The notes under the pieces are model-generated. The model had not been told where the DNA came from. It saw only the letters and a program-made list of their open reading frames with translations, and searched no databases. DNA of 32,000 bases from assembly GCF_000621645.1 (NCBI RefSeq), contig NZ_JHXR01000021.1, positions 37,290-69,289 of the forward strand. The letters run 5' to 3'. The translations under genes and the position numbers were made by a program. Positions 19,905 to 30,114 of the stretch are shown in pieces. Position 1 is the stretch's first letter. Every line of letters begins with the position of its first letter. Source of the DNA: Vibrio cholerae ATCC 14035 (lineage in GTDB: Bacteria; Pseudomonadota; Gammaproteobacteria; Enterobacterales; Vibrionaceae).

Positions 19905-20642
19905 ATGGCAATGACTGAGTACAATCCACCCAAGGAACCGTGGATTGATGTGATTTATGAGGATGAACACATCATCGCAGCCAACAAGCCTTCTGGTTTG
20001 TTATCTGTTCCTGGGCGACCTGTTGAGCACTACGACAGTATGTGGGCTCGTTTGGTGGATTACTGCCCTGATGTGAAGGTCGTCCACCGTTTGGATATGT
20101 CGACTTCTGGGCTGATCCTGTTTGCGAAAGGCAAACATATGGAATCGGCGTTGAAGAAGCAGTTCCAGTATCGTCTCACTCATAAAATCTACTATGCCCG
20201 CGTATGGGGTGTGATGGAGCAAGATGAAGGCGAAGTGAATTTGCCGCTGTGTTGTGATTGGCCAAACCGCCCGAAACAGAAAGTCTGTTTTGAAGAGGGA
20301 CGTGATTCTCTGACCCGCTATCAAGTCGTAAAGAGAGAAGAGAAAACCACAGTCGTACGCCTTATCCCGATCACAGGACGCTCTCATCAGCTACGTGTGC
20401 ACATGCAATCGCTCGGCCATCCGATTGTTGGTGATGATCTTTACGCTCCACAAGAAGCTGTCGAGTTTGCCGATCGTCTGCAACTGCACGCTGCGGAGCT
20501 CTGTTTCTACCATCCACGTAGTCATTGGCTGCGCACTTTATTTGTCCCTTGTGACTTCTATCCCGAAGCCGAGGAGCAGATTTTGCAGCATTTCGATCCT
20601 GAGCGAAAATTACCGGACTATAAAAAGCTATCCCAAGACTAA
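19905..20642 (+). CDS. rluA: 23S rRNA/tRNA pseudouridine synthase RluA
   Basis: 245 aa, colinear with E. coli RluA (NKPSGLLSVPGR, the catalytic HRLD motif, CDWPNRPKQKVC, ITGRSHQLRVH). Confidence 0.93.
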   Translation: MAMTEYNPPKEPWIDVIYEDEHIIAANKPSGLLSVPGRPVEHYDSMWARLVDYCPDVKVVHRLDMSTSGLILFAKGKHMESALKKQFQYRLTHKIYYARVWGVMEQDEGEVNLPLCCDWPNRPKQKVCFEEGRDSLTRYQVVKREEKTTVVRLIPITGRSHQLRVHMQSLGHPIVGDDLYAPQEAVEFADRLQLHAAELCFYHPRSHWLRTLFVPCDFYPEAEEQILQHFDPERKLPDYKKLSQD

Positions 20643-20681
20643 TATTATTGTGGGTAGCGGATAATCAGACCCGGAGTCAGC

Positions 20682-21659
20682 ATGTCACTACCCACTACTT
20701 CTTTGCCTACGGTCGTTTTTCTCGACCGCGCGACCATTCCGCGCCATATCCCCTTACCTGCTCTGCCTTTTGAACACCATTGGGTTGAGTATGATGCTTG
20801 TGAGCCTCACCAAGTGGTTGAGCGCCTCTTAGCGGCCGATATCGTTATCACTAATAAGGTGGTACTCACCCGTGAAATGCTGGTTCAGTTGCCTAAGCTC
20901 AAGTTGATCGCCATTTCTGCCACGGGCACCAACAACGTCGATTTGCAGGCGTGTAGTGACCTGAATATCGCGGTGTGTAATGTGCAAGGCTATGCCACGC
21001 GCTCCGTACCAGAGCATGTGATCGCCATGATGTTTGCTCTAAGACGTAATCTTATCGGTTATCACAATGATATTGCGGCCGGAGAGTGGCAGCGCCATAA
21101 GCAGTTCTGTTTTTTCACGCATCCTATCGGCGATATTGCGGGCTCCACCATGGGCATTATCGGCAGTGGTGCATTAGGACAAGCGACGGCGAATTTAGCG
21201 CGCGCATTAGGTATGCATGTGCTGTTTGCTGAACGTAAAGGTCAGTTGGAATGCCGAGTAGGGTACACGTCATTTGAACAAGTGCTGGCGCAATCCGATG
21301 TGTTATCCCTGCACTGTCCGCTAATGGATGAAACGCGCAATATTATCTCGGAAGCGGAATTGGTGCAGATGAAGCCCAATGCTCTACTGATCAATACTGG
21401 GCGCGGTGGTTTAGTGGATGAACAGGCGCTGGTAGATGCGCTGAAAAGACGTCAAATTGCTGGGGCTGGGGTGGATGTGTTTAGTGTCGAGCCTGCGGAT
21501 ATGGATAACCCACTGATTGCCAACCGTGATCTGCCCAATCTTCTGCTGACACCGCATGTGGCGTGGGGCAGTGATTCCTCGATACAACAACTCGCGACTA
21601 TCTTGATCGACAACATCAGTGCATTTATGCGTGGTGAAGCGAAAAATCGAGTCGTCTAG
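20682..21659 (+). CDS. NAD-dependent D-isomer-specific 2-hydroxyacid dehydrogenase (glycerate/glyoxylate reductase-like)
   Basis: 325 aa. Rossmann motif GIIGSGALG. The catalytic-region pattern RGGLVDE...TPHVAWGS is typical of the family. Substrate cannot be assigned from sequence. Confidence 0.85.
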   Translation: MSLPTTSLPTVVFLDRATIPRHIPLPALPFEHHWVEYDACEPHQVVERLLAADIVITNKVVLTREMLVQLPKLKLIAISATGTNNVDLQACSDLNIAVCNVQGYATRSVPEHVIAMMFALRRNLIGYHNDIAAGEWQRHKQFCFFTHPIGDIAGSTMGIIGSGALGQATANLARALGMHVLFAERKGQLECRVGYTSFEQVLAQSDVLSLHCPLMDETRNIISEAELVQMKPNALLINTGRGGLVDEQALVDALKRRQIAGAGVDVFSVEPADMDNPLIANRDLPNLLLTPHVAWGSDSSIQQLATILIDNISAFMRGEAKNRVV

Positions 21660-21676
21660 CGGCAACATCATCGCTA

Positions 21677-21710
21677 AAACAAAAAGGCAGCGAAATCGCT
21701 GCCTTTTTTA
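21677..21710. terminator. bidirectional terminator between the convergent dehydrogenase gene and valS
   Basis: AGGCAGCG (21685-21692) pairs with CGCTGCCT (21697-21704), flanked by an A-run and a T6 run. Confidence 0.88.
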
Positions 21711-21736
21711 TCGACTTTTTGTATGGAATGCTTGGC

Positions 21737-24598
21737 TTACAGCGCAGCGATGGTCGCTTTCTGCTGTTCAAGCTTCACCAGCGCTTCTTGGTAACCCGCG
21801 AGCTTTTCACGCTCTTTGGTGATTACCGCTTCTGGTGCTTTTGCCACGAAACCTTCGTTACCTAGCTTGCCTTCGATACGCGCAATTTCACCTTGCGTCT
21901 TAGCAATCTCTTTGGCCAGACGATCCAGCTCAGCGTCTTTATCAATCAGACCTGCCATTGGGATCATCAGCTCAGACTTACCAACCAGTGCTGTTGCACA
22001 CGCAGGTGTCGCTTCGCCATCCGCCAATACACGAATGCTTTCTAGCTTGGCCAGTGAAACCAGCACTGGCTTGTTCGCTTCGATACGCGCGGCATCTTGC
22101 TCATTCGCCGCTTTCAGCATGACTTCCAGAGGCTTACCTGGGTTGATGTCGTACTCAGCGCGCAGGTTACGGATGCTAGTGATAAAGGCTTTCACCCACT
22201 CAATATCATCCAAGGCTTCTTGGTTGAAGTTGGCCGCATCGTACTGAGGTAGTGCTTGCAGCATGATGGTGTCGCCTTCCACGCCATCGACCAGTGGCTT
22301 AACACTTTGCCAGATGGTTTCTGTGATGTAAGGGATCACTGGGTGCGCCAAACGCAGCGTTTTCTCTAGTACGGTGATCAGCGTGCGACGGGTCGCGCGT
22401 TGCTGAGCTTCGGTGCCTTTCCAAAGAACCGGCTTAGTCAGCTCTAAGTACCAGTCACAGAATTGGTTCCAGATGAATTCGTACAGCGTGTTGGCTGCCA
22501 TATCCAGACGGAAGTTATCAATGTGACCATTGAACTCTTTCGCAGCCAGCTCGAACTGTGATTCGATCCACTTGTCGGCCAGCGAGTATTCAAGCTCAGC
22601 ACCGGCTGCAAAACCGCAATCTTGCTCTTCGGTGTTCATCAGCACGTAACGGCTTGCGTTCCACAGCTTGTTACAGAAGTTACGGTAACCTTCTAGACGC
22701 TTCATATCCCAGTTGATGTCACGACCGGTTGAAGCCATAGCCGCTAGAGTGAAACGCAGTGAGTCAGTACCGTAGGCTTCGATGCCGTTTTCAAACGTCT
22801 TACGCGTGTTTTTCTCGATCTTCGCTGCCAGTTGTGGCTGCATCATGTTGCCGGTGCGCTTCGCGACCAGAGACTCTAGATCAATACCGTCGATCATATC
22901 GATAGGGTCAAGCACGTTACCTTTCGATTTTGACATCTTGTCGCCGTTTTCGTCACGGATCAGACCCGTTACGTACACGGTTTTGAACGGAACTTGTGCT
23001 TTGCCATCTTCATCTTTACAGAAGTGCATGGTCATCATGATCATGCGCGCAACCCAGAAGAAGATAATGTCAAAACCCGTTACCAGAACATCGGTTGGGT
23101 GGAATACGTTCAGCTCAGGCGTTTTTTCTGGCCAGCCTAGTGTTCCGAAGGTCCACAGTGCAGAAGAGAACCAAGTATCCAACACGTCATCATCTTGACG
23201 AAGAGCAACATCCGCCGCGATGTTGTTTTCTGCACGCACTTCTTCTTCGTTACGGCCTACAAACACATTGCCTTGCTCGTCATACCAAGCCGGAATGCGG
23301 TGACCCCACCACAGTTGGCGAGAGATACACCAGTCTTGAATGTCACGCATCCAAGAGAAGTACATGTTCTCGTACTGTTTTGGTACAAATTGAATATCGC
23401 CATTCTCAACGGCTTCAACCGCTGGTTTCGCCAGAATACCAGCGCGAACGTACCATTGGTCAGTCAGCATTGGTTCAATCACCACACCACCACGGTCGCC
23501 GTAAGGAACCGTTAAGTCGTGATCTTTGATTTCTTGCAGTAGACCCAGTTGTTCAAATTCCGCCACGATCGCTTTACGTGCAGCAAAACGCTCCATGCCT
23601 TGGTATTTCGCTGGTAGTTCGCCGCTGTAAACATCGCTTGCTTCACCTTTGGTGTTAAACACTTCTGCCACATCACGGATGTTGGCATCAAAAGTGAAGA
23701 TGTTGATCATCGGCAGGTTATGGCGCTTGCCGACTTCATAGTCGTTGAAGTCGTGCGCAGGGGTGATTTTCACACATCCCGTGCCTTTCTCCATATCGGC
23801 GTGCTCATCGCCCACGATAGGGATGCGACGACCGACGATCGGCAGAATGATCTCTTTACCAATCAGATCTTTATAACGAGGATCTTCTGGGTTAACCGCA
23901 ACACCAGTATCGCCGAGCATGGTTTCTGGACGTGTTGTCGCAACCACGATGTAATCTTTACCATCTGCCGTTTTCACGCCATCCGCCAGCGGGTAGCGGA
24001 AGTGCCACATGTGACCTTTGGTCTCTTTGTTTTCCACTTCCAGATCGGAGATCGCAGTGTGCAGTTTTGGATCCCAGTTAACTAGGCGCTTACCGCGGTA
24101 GATCAAATCATCTTTGTAGAGACGCACAAACACTTCTTGCACGGCTTTGTAGAAGCCATCATCCATCGTAAAGCGCTCACGATCCCAATCGACAGAGGCG
24201 CCAAGACGACGTAGCTGCTTAGTGATGGTACCGCCAGATTCTGCTTTCCATTCCCAAATCTTGTCGATGAACGCATCACGGCCGTAATCGTGCTTAGTTT
24301 TGCCTTCTTCTGCAGCGATCTTACGCTCAACCACCATTTGAGTGGCGATACCCGCGTGGTCAGTACCCACTTGCCACAAGGTATTTTTGCCCTTCATACG
24401 CTGACAGCGGATCAGAGTATCCATAATGGTGTCTTGGAAGGCGTGACCCATGTGCAGGCTGCCTGTGACGTTCGGTGGCGGGATCATGATGCTGTACGCG
24501 TCTTTTGATGTGTCACCGTGAGGCTTAAAGTAGCCTTGCTCTTCCCAAGTCTTATACAGATCTTGTTCGATTGATGTTGGGTTGTATGTCTTTTCCAT
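21737..24598 (-). CDS. valS: valyl-tRNA synthetase
   Basis: 953 aa. HIGH-type motif [14 protein letters not shown], a KMSKS motif, and a C-terminal coiled coil. Confidence 0.97.
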   Translation of the reverse strand: MEKTYNPTSIEQDLYKTWEEQGYFKPHGDTSKDAYSIMIPPPNVTGSLHMGHAFQDTIMDTLIRCQRMKGKNTLWQVGTDHAGIATQMVVERKIAAEEGKTKHDYGRDAFIDKIWEWKAESGGTITKQLRRLGASVDWDRERFTMDDGFYKAVQEVFVRLYKDDLIYRGKRLVNWDPKLHTAISDLEVENKETKGHMWHFRYPLADGVKTADGKDYIVVATTRPETMLGDTGVAVNPEDPRYKDLIGKEIILPIVGRRIPIVGDEHADMEKGTGCVKITPAHDFNDYEVGKRHNLPMINIFTFDANIRDVAEVFNTKGEASDVYSGELPAKYQGMERFAARKAIVAEFEQLGLLQEIKDHDLTVPYGDRGGVVIEPMLTDQWYVRAGILAKPAVEAVENGDIQFVPKQYENMYFSWMRDIQDWCISRQLWWGHRIPAWYDEQGNVFVGRNEEEVRAENNIAADVALRQDDDVLDTWFSSALWTFGTLGWPEKTPELNVFHPTDVLVTGFDIIFFWVARMIMMTMHFCKDEDGKAQVPFKTVYVTGLIRDENGDKMSKSKGNVLDPIDMIDGIDLESLVAKRTGNMMQPQLAAKIEKNTRKTFENGIEAYGTDSLRFTLAAMASTGRDINWDMKRLEGYRNFCNKLWNASRYVLMNTEEQDCGFAAGAELEYSLADKWIESQFELAAKEFNGHIDNFRLDMAANTLYEFIWNQFCDWYLELTKPVLWKGTEAQQRATRRTLITVLEKTLRLAHPVIPYITETIWQSVKPLVDGVEGDTIMLQALPQYDAANFNQEALDDIEWVKAFITSIRNLRAEYDINPGKPLEVMLKAANEQDAARIEANKPVLVSLAKLESIRVLADGEATPACATALVGKSELMIPMAGLIDKDAELDRLAKEIAKTQGEIARIEGKLGNEGFVAKAPEAVITKEREKLAGYQEALVKLEQQKATIAAL

Positions 24599-24691
24599 AG
24601 TGCTCTTTAATGGATGCTGTGATGGTTAATTCAGTCTATCGCTATAAGTGAGTTCTCTTGGATAAGAGAGCTTAACTATAAGGATGGACGG

Positions 24692-25141
24692 TTATGGATA
24701 TTGAATCTCAACAGTTTGCAGCTGATAACCTGCTTGTCGATAGAGTTTATACCGCTCGCGCGCCAGCTGCTTGGCATTTTCTGCGCAGGGCACGAAGTCT
24801 ACCACCTCGGTAAAGGTACGCGCAAAGGTTGTCTGATTATCCGCCAAATTTATTGCCAGTTGACGATTCCAAGAGGGAGAAACGCCCACATAACCTATCT
24901 CAATCGCGGTACCGGATTTGGGACCTTCACCGACCAGATTGTGCGCTAAAAACTGTTCGGGTTCGATTTGCCAAAATCGCTCAGCTAGCTGCTCGGCGTG
25001 TGGTTTATCTTGGCATTGCAGATAAATGCGTGCGCCTTGCGCGGCAAAGTGACGCGTCAAATACAGCACGTACTGCGCGAAGCCTTCTGGTGTTGCTTGA
25101 GCAGAATCTGGAGAAATCAGGTAAAAAGTTGCGGTTGGCAT
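24692..25141 (-). CDS. holC: DNA polymerase III chi subunit
   Basis: ORF-track start 25156 is a TTG, so it is trimmed to ATG 25139-25141 (MPTATFYLI...). FTEVVDFVP and KQLARERYK match E. coli HolC. pepA-holC-valS synteny. Confidence 0.9.
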   Translation of the reverse strand: MPTATFYLISPDSAQATPEGFAQYVLYLTRHFAAQGARIYLQCQDKPHAEQLAERFWQIEPEQFLAHNLVGEGPKSGTAIEIGYVGVSPSWNRQLAINLADNQTTFARTFTEVVDFVPCAENAKQLARERYKLYRQAGYQLQTVEIQYP

Positions 25142-25197
25142 CTTGGTCTCTTGCAAACAATCACCACGCCTGTGGCGGTAGTTGAGGTCTAGTAATG

Positions 25198-25220
25198 AAA
25201 AAGGGCCCGAAGGCCCTTTT
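25198..25220 (-). terminator. terminator hairpin between pepA and holC
   Basis: AAAAGGGCC CGAA GGCCCTTTT. The core GGGCC/GGCCC is flanked by complementary A and T runs. It starts 5 nt after the pepA stop. Confidence 0.75.
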
Positions 25221-25224
25221 GCGA

Positions 25225-26736
25225 TTACTCTTCAGCGTCTAGGCCACCGCTGCGATTAAGCAGGAATTGGACTAGTAGTGAGACAGGACGACCGGTTGAG
25301 CCTTTCGCGGCACCGGATTTCCATGCAGTACCTGCGATGTCTAAGTGTGCCCAGTTGTATTTCTTAGCAAATTTAGACAGGAAACAAGCTGCAGTAATGG
25401 CGCCACCTGGGCGGCCACCAATGTTTGCCATATCGGCAAACGGGCTCTTGAGCTGCTCATGGTATTCGTCTGCCAGAGGTAGACGCCATGCGCGATCGCT
25501 CGATTGCTCAGAGGCATTCACCAACTCATGTGCTAGTGGGTTGTGGTTCGACATCACCGCGCTGATGTGATGGCCTAAAGCAATCACACACGCACCGGTT
25601 AGCGTTGCAACATCGACCACGCATTCAGGCTCAAAACGCTCAACGTAAGTCAGTACGTCACACAAAACTAAACGACCTTCTGCATCGGTGTTTAACACTT
25701 CTACGGTTTGACCTGACATCGTCGTCAGAATATCACCCGGACGGTAAGCATTGCTGCCTGGCATGTTTTCACAGCCAGCCAACACACCAATTACGTTAAG
25801 TGGTAGGCCGAGTTTGGCAATGGCTTTCATGGTGCCGAAAACAGATGCTGCGCCACACATGTCGTACTTCATCTCATCCATACCTTCACCCGGTTTGAGT
25901 GAGATACCGCCTGAATCGAAAGTCAGACCTTTACCCACCAATACGATGGGTTTGGCTTCAGGATCTGGATTGCCTTTGTATTCGATGACCGACATCATGG
26001 ATTCATTGCGTGAGCCACGACCGACCGCGAGGTAAGAAGCCATGCCGAGCTTTTCCATCTCTTCTTCACCAATGATTTTGGTGGTGATGCTCTCGTAATC
26101 GTCAGCCAGACGACGAGCTTGAGAGGCGAGGTAAGCCGGGTTAGCGATGTTGGGCGGCATATTACCTAAATCTTTACAAGCTTTTACACCTGATGAAATA
26201 GCCAGACCATGGGTAATCGCGCGTTCACCAAGATTCAATTCACGGCGAGTGGGCACGTTGAATACCAATTTACGCAGTGGGCGGCGGATTTCTGGTTTTA
26301 CGCTCTTGAATTGATCAAAGATGTACAGACCATCTTTGGTGGCTTCAACCGCTTGGCGCACTTTCCAATAGGTATCGCGACCTTTGACGTGCAACTCGGT
26401 CAAGAAGCAGACTGCTTCCATAGAGCCAGTTTCATTTAAGGTATTGATGGTTTTCTGAATGATCTCTTTGTACTGACGTTCACCCAGTTCGCGTTCTTTA
26501 CCGCAACCGACGAGCAGTACTCGCTCAGACAACACACCGGGTACTTGATGCAGCAGTAGCATCTGCCCCGGTTTACCCTCTAGATCACCGCGACGTAGCA
26601 GTGAACTAATATAGCCGTCGCTGATTTTATCAAGCTGTTCTGCGACTGGAGAAAGGCGACGTGGTTCAAACACCCCAACAACGATACATGCGCTGCGCTG
26701 TTTCTCAGGGCTGCCACTCTTAACACTGAACTCCAT
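25225..26736 (-). CDS. pepA: leucyl (M17) aminopeptidase PepA
   Basis: 503 aa with the M17 signature NTDAEGRL and [11 protein letters not shown]. Confidence 0.96.
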   Translation of the reverse strand: MEFSVKSGSPEKQRSACIVVGVFEPRRLSPVAEQLDKISDGYISSLLRRGDLEGKPGQMLLLHQVPGVLSERVLLVGCGKERELGERQYKEIIQKTINTLNETGSMEAVCFLTELHVKGRDTYWKVRQAVEATKDGLYIFDQFKSVKPEIRRPLRKLVFNVPTRRELNLGERAITHGLAISSGVKACKDLGNMPPNIANPAYLASQARRLADDYESITTKIIGEEEMEKLGMASYLAVGRGSRNESMMSVIEYKGNPDPEAKPIVLVGKGLTFDSGGISLKPGEGMDEMKYDMCGAASVFGTMKAIAKLGLPLNVIGVLAGCENMPGSNAYRPGDILTTMSGQTVEVLNTDAEGRLVLCDVLTYVERFEPECVVDVATLTGACVIALGHHISAVMSNHNPLAHELVNASEQSSDRAWRLPLADEYHEQLKSPFADMANIGGRPGGAITAACFLSKFAKKYNWAHLDIAGTAWKSGAAKGSTGRPVSLLVQFLLNRSGGLDAEE

Positions 26737-26929
26737 GCGTACTCCTACATCCTGAAGACAAATAGAACTAAATGGTAGATAATGCGCTCTTACTTGCTGG
26801 ATCCCATCTAGGATCGACCTTTTGCATGCGCAACCTAACCGTTAGCGAAATTATTCAAAAAATAAAAGGTTCATCGGGAAATTATAGTGATTCAATCAAA
26901 AAAACAAGTTTTGCATAGGTAATTTCAGC

Positions 26930-28030
26930 GTGATTATTGTTAGATATTTGATCCGAGAAACAATAAAAAGCCAGTTTGCGATCTTCTTCGTGCTGTTTTT
27001 AGTGTTTCTCAGCCAGAAATTTATCCGTGTTTTGGCGGATGTCTCTGACGGTGAAATTCCTACCAGCATGATCTTATCCATCGTTGGATTGAATATGCCG
27101 GCAATGGGCTTATTAATGCTGCCACTTAGCCTGTACATCGGTATTCTGCTTACTTTCGGCCGTTTGTATGCGGAGAGTGAGATAACCGTGATGAATGCGA
27201 CTGGGATCGGTAACAAATTTTTGATCCGTGCCGCCTTATATTTGGCTTTGATTACGGCTTCTGTGGCGGCTTTTAATGCGCTGTGGCTCGCGCCTTGGAG
27301 CCAAGATAAAGAAGCTCATTTAATGGAGCAGTTTGCGGCAGAAAACAGTGTCGATCTGCTGCAAAAAGGCCACTTCCAACGTTCGCCAGATGGCTCTTCG
27401 GTGGTGTTCATCGACAATATTGAAAATCGTAAATTGTATAACGTGTTTGTGGCGCAGTTAGCACCACGAGATTCGATTTTACCCAGCGTGATGTTTTCTC
27501 ACTCGGGCGATGTTAAAGAGCTGAGTGATGGCCGTCAGATCATTACTCTCTATGACGGCACTCGCTATGAAGGCGTACCTACCCGAGTCGACTACATGAT
27601 CACTAACTTCGACTCTTACGACGGCTTGATCGGCCAACGTGAAGTGAAATCGGCTGAACGTGATTGGGAAGCTCTGCCAACCTTAAGCTTGCTCAATAAT
27701 GCGGATCGCCGAGCACAAGCCGAATTACAATGGCGAATCTCTCTCGTAGTGTGTATTCCACTGTTGACTATGTTGGTTGTCCCTCTTTCCGCGGTGAACC
27801 CTCGTCAAGGACGTTTTGCCAAAATGGGACCCGCTATTTTGATCTATTTGACTTATTTCCTTGCGCTCAGTGCGACCAAATCAGCGATTGAAGATGGTTC
27901 ACTGCCGGTTATCATTGGCTTGTGGCCAATTAATGCCGCACTGCTGTTGGCTGCGCTGATGGTCAATACCTTGGATAGCATTCCAGTGCGCCGTCTTAAA
28001 GATCGATGGAAACAGAGAAAGGTAGCTTAA
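26930..28030 (+). CDS. lptF: LPS export ABC transporter permease LptF
   Basis: 366 aa. Begins MIIVRYLIRETIKSQ, colinear with E. coli LptF. GTG start. Divergent from pepA as in E. coli. Confidence 0.93.
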   Translation: MIIVRYLIRETIKSQFAIFFVLFLVFLSQKFIRVLADVSDGEIPTSMILSIVGLNMPAMGLLMLPLSLYIGILLTFGRLYAESEITVMNATGIGNKFLIRAALYLALITASVAAFNALWLAPWSQDKEAHLMEQFAAENSVDLLQKGHFQRSPDGSSVVFIDNIENRKLYNVFVAQLAPRDSILPSVMFSHSGDVKELSDGRQIITLYDGTRYEGVPTRVDYMITNFDSYDGLIGQREVKSAERDWEALPTLSLLNNADRRAQAELQWRISLVVCIPLLTMLVVPLSAVNPRQGRFAKMGPAILIYLTYFLALSATKSAIEDGSLPVIIGLWPINAALLLAALMVNTLDSIPVRRLKDRWKQRKVA

Positions 28031-28033
28031 GTC

Positions 28034-29104
28034 GTGTTTAAAATTCTTGATTGGTATATCGGCCGCACTATTGTTGCTACAACAGCCTTGGTTTTGGTTA
28101 CCTTTGTTGGCCTCTCTGGCATCATCAAATATGTTGAGCAGCTCCGTAAAGTGGGTGAGGGAAGTTACGATTTATTGCAAGCCTTGCTGTTTGTGGTGCT
28201 GAGTATTCCTCGTGATGTGGAAATGTTTTTTCCGATGGCGGCTCTATTGGGCGCATTGATTGGTTTGGGGGCGTTAGCTTCCAGCTCTGAATTGGTGGTG
28301 ATGCAGGCTGCTGGTTTTTCTAAGCTTGATATCGGCCTTTCCGTTCTTAAAACCGCCATTCCGCTGATGATTATTGTCACCTTGCTCGGAGAGTGGGGCG
28401 CACCACAAGCGCAAAAAATGGCACGTGATATGCGCGCATTTGCCACCTCGGGTGGTGCGATTATGTCGGTGCGTACTGGGGTTTGGGCACGGGATGCGAA
28501 TGATTTTATCTTTATCGCCAAAGTTGAAAACGAACAGTTGTATGGATTGAATCTGTGGCGCTTTGACGAAAATAAAAAACTGAGTACGGTGATTTTTTCT
28601 GAGCAAGTCGATTACGTTGCTAACAATGAATGGCTGATGAAAGATGCAGTATTGACACGTTTGGTGAATGACATCGAGATCAGCAAAGAATCGTTGCCTG
28701 AGTACCGTTGGCGAACCTCCCTTGCTCCAGACAAACTTGCCGTAGTGACGGTTAAGCCGGAAGAGCTATCTCTCACAGGCTTAAGCGATTACGTGCATTA
28801 CTTAAAAGCATCAGAGCAAGACTCATCGCGTTATGAGTTGGCTTTGTGGCGCAAAGTGACTCAGCCGATCTCGATTGCGGTGATGATGTTGATGGCGTTG
28901 TCGTTCATTTTTGGCCCATTGCGTAGCGTCACCATGGGGGCGCGGATTTTATCTGGCGTCATTGCCGGATTTACTTTCTACATCTCAAGTGAGTTTTTTG
29001 GCCCACTCAGTTTGGTGTATGGATTACCGCCATTGTTTGGTGCGCTAGCGCCAAGCTTAGTTTTCTTGGCCATCGCGTTAGGGCTATTGGGTAGGAAGCT
29101 ATAA
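28034..29104 (+). CDS. lptG: LPS export ABC transporter permease LptG
   Basis: 356 aa. LDWYIGRTI, SELVVMQAAGFS and MMLMALSFIFGPLRSV match E. coli LptG. GTG start 3 nt after the lptF stop. Confidence 0.93.
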   Translation: MFKILDWYIGRTIVATTALVLVTFVGLSGIIKYVEQLRKVGEGSYDLLQALLFVVLSIPRDVEMFFPMAALLGALIGLGALASSSELVVMQAAGFSKLDIGLSVLKTAIPLMIIVTLLGEWGAPQAQKMARDMRAFATSGGAIMSVRTGVWARDANDFIFIAKVENEQLYGLNLWRFDENKKLSTVIFSEQVDYVANNEWLMKDAVLTRLVNDIEISKESLPEYRWRTSLAPDKLAVVTVKPEELSLTGLSDYVHYLKASEQDSSRYELALWRKVTQPISIAVMMLMALSFIFGPLRSVTMGARILSGVIAGFTFYISSEFFGPLSLVYGLPPLFGALAPSLVFLAIALGLLGRKL

Positions 29105-29158
29105 CCCCCAATGTCCCCCAAAATCTTATTTTGGTCAGAGTGGCAATCTCAAAATCAA

Positions 29159-29190
29159 AAGAGGAAGGTGAATACCTTCCTCTTTCTATA
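29159..29190. terminator. terminator hairpin between convergent lptG and the RDD gene
   Basis: AAGAGGAAGGT pairs with ACCTTCCTCTT (11 bp) around a GAAT loop. The plus strand then reads TCTATATT, and an A-rich tract precedes the hairpin. Confidence 0.75.
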
Positions 29191-29207
29191 TTGCTTATCG
29201 AAGCGAG

Positions 29208-29690
29208 TTAATTAGCTTTCGGTAACACAACGACCTTTGTTTTAGCCCAGATATCGTGAAAGCCACGTTTTTTCGTATCAAACAACACAGTCAAGTTGGC
29301 AAGCCCAAAACCGGATGTTGCTAAACGGATCAGCGCTTGTGTAGCTGAGATGTGGTGACCTTCCTCAGTGCAAATGTGCATTTTCCATGCGCGCATACCT
29401 AGCGTTTGTCCGCCGCGAGTCCAGAAATAAACAAAAAAAGAGATCCAAACCAAGGCAAGATAAACGGTATACACTGGACTCCAAATTGGATGAGAAGAGA
29501 GAAGATCGCTCGCATCTTGATACGGTGCGTAGCTCATGAGCCCTGCTGCCACCAAAGCTTCAAGCACTGCGACGACTACGCCGCCAGCCATCATTAGAAT
29601 TGCCATTACGATCAGTGCGTCGTAGGTCCATGCCCCTAAACGCCGAAAGAAACCAGCGGGAGGAAGTGTCGCGTAGTTCATCATTATCAT
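29208..29690 (-). CDS. RDD-family integral membrane protein, function unknown
   Basis: 160 aa with three predicted TM segments and RDD-family landmarks (RRLGAWTYD, GQTLGMRAWKM, GFHDIWAKTKVV). Three ATGs lie within the first 4 codons, so the exact start is uncertain. Confidence 0.75.
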   Translation of the reverse strand: MIMMNYATLPPAGFFRRLGAWTYDALIVMAILMMAGGVVVAVLEALVAAGLMSYAPYQDASDLLSSHPIWSPVYTVYLALVWISFFVYFWTRGGQTLGMRAWKMHICTEEGHHISATQALIRLATSGFGLANLTVLFDTKKRGFHDIWAKTKVVVLPKAN

Positions 29691-29814
29691 TCTTGGTTAC
29701 TTTAAAGAGGCCAAGCATAGCCAGTGCAAAATCCGAAAGAAAGAGAGCTAACGCACAGCTTAAGGCTTTGTGGTGAAATAATCGGCAAACGATTTTATTT
29801 TCAATCTTTTGCTA

Positions 29815-29842
29815 TTGCGTGCTTCGACTTCTTACGTATAAT
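29815..29842 (+). promoter_or_regulatory. sigma-70 promoter of tRNA-Leu
   Basis: TTGCGT, 16-nt spacer, TATAAT, followed by a GC-rich discriminator (GCG). An AT-rich, UP-element-like tract lies upstream. The promoter is about 30 nt upstream of the tRNA 5' end. Confidence 0.7.
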
Positions 29843-29871
29843 GCGTTCCATCAAAGGGCAACAGCCTAGAT

Positions 29872-29956
29872 GCCGATGTGGTGAAATTGGTAGACACGAC
29901 GGATTCAAAATCCGTTTCCTTCGGGAGTGACGGTTCAAGTCCGTCCATCGGTACCA
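29872..29956 (+). tRNA. leuX: tRNA-Leu (anticodon CAA), class II with long variable arm, encoded CCA
   Basis: Cloverleaf folded by hand. Acceptor GCCGATG pairs with CATCGGT, followed by ACCA. Anticodon stem ACGGA/TCCGT with loop TTCAAAA. Variable arm CCTTCGGGAG. T arm CGG-TTCAAGT-CCG. Similar to E. coli leuX. Confidence 0.93.
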
Positions 29957-29966
29957 TAATTTAAAG

Positions 29967-29993
29967 AAGCCGACTCAATGAGTCGGCTTTTTG
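29967..29993 (+). terminator. rho-independent terminator after tRNA-Leu
   Basis: AAGCCGACT pairs with AGTCGGCTT, followed by a T run. Confidence 0.88.
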
Positions 29994-30114
29994 CTATCTG
30001 TCATATTCATATCCGCTTTCGTGATCTAACAACCTTCATAGCAATCAGACTGATGCAGTTATTATTAACTTCTTCTATCATATTCGGGTTATTCACTCAG
30101 ATGTAATCAAGATT

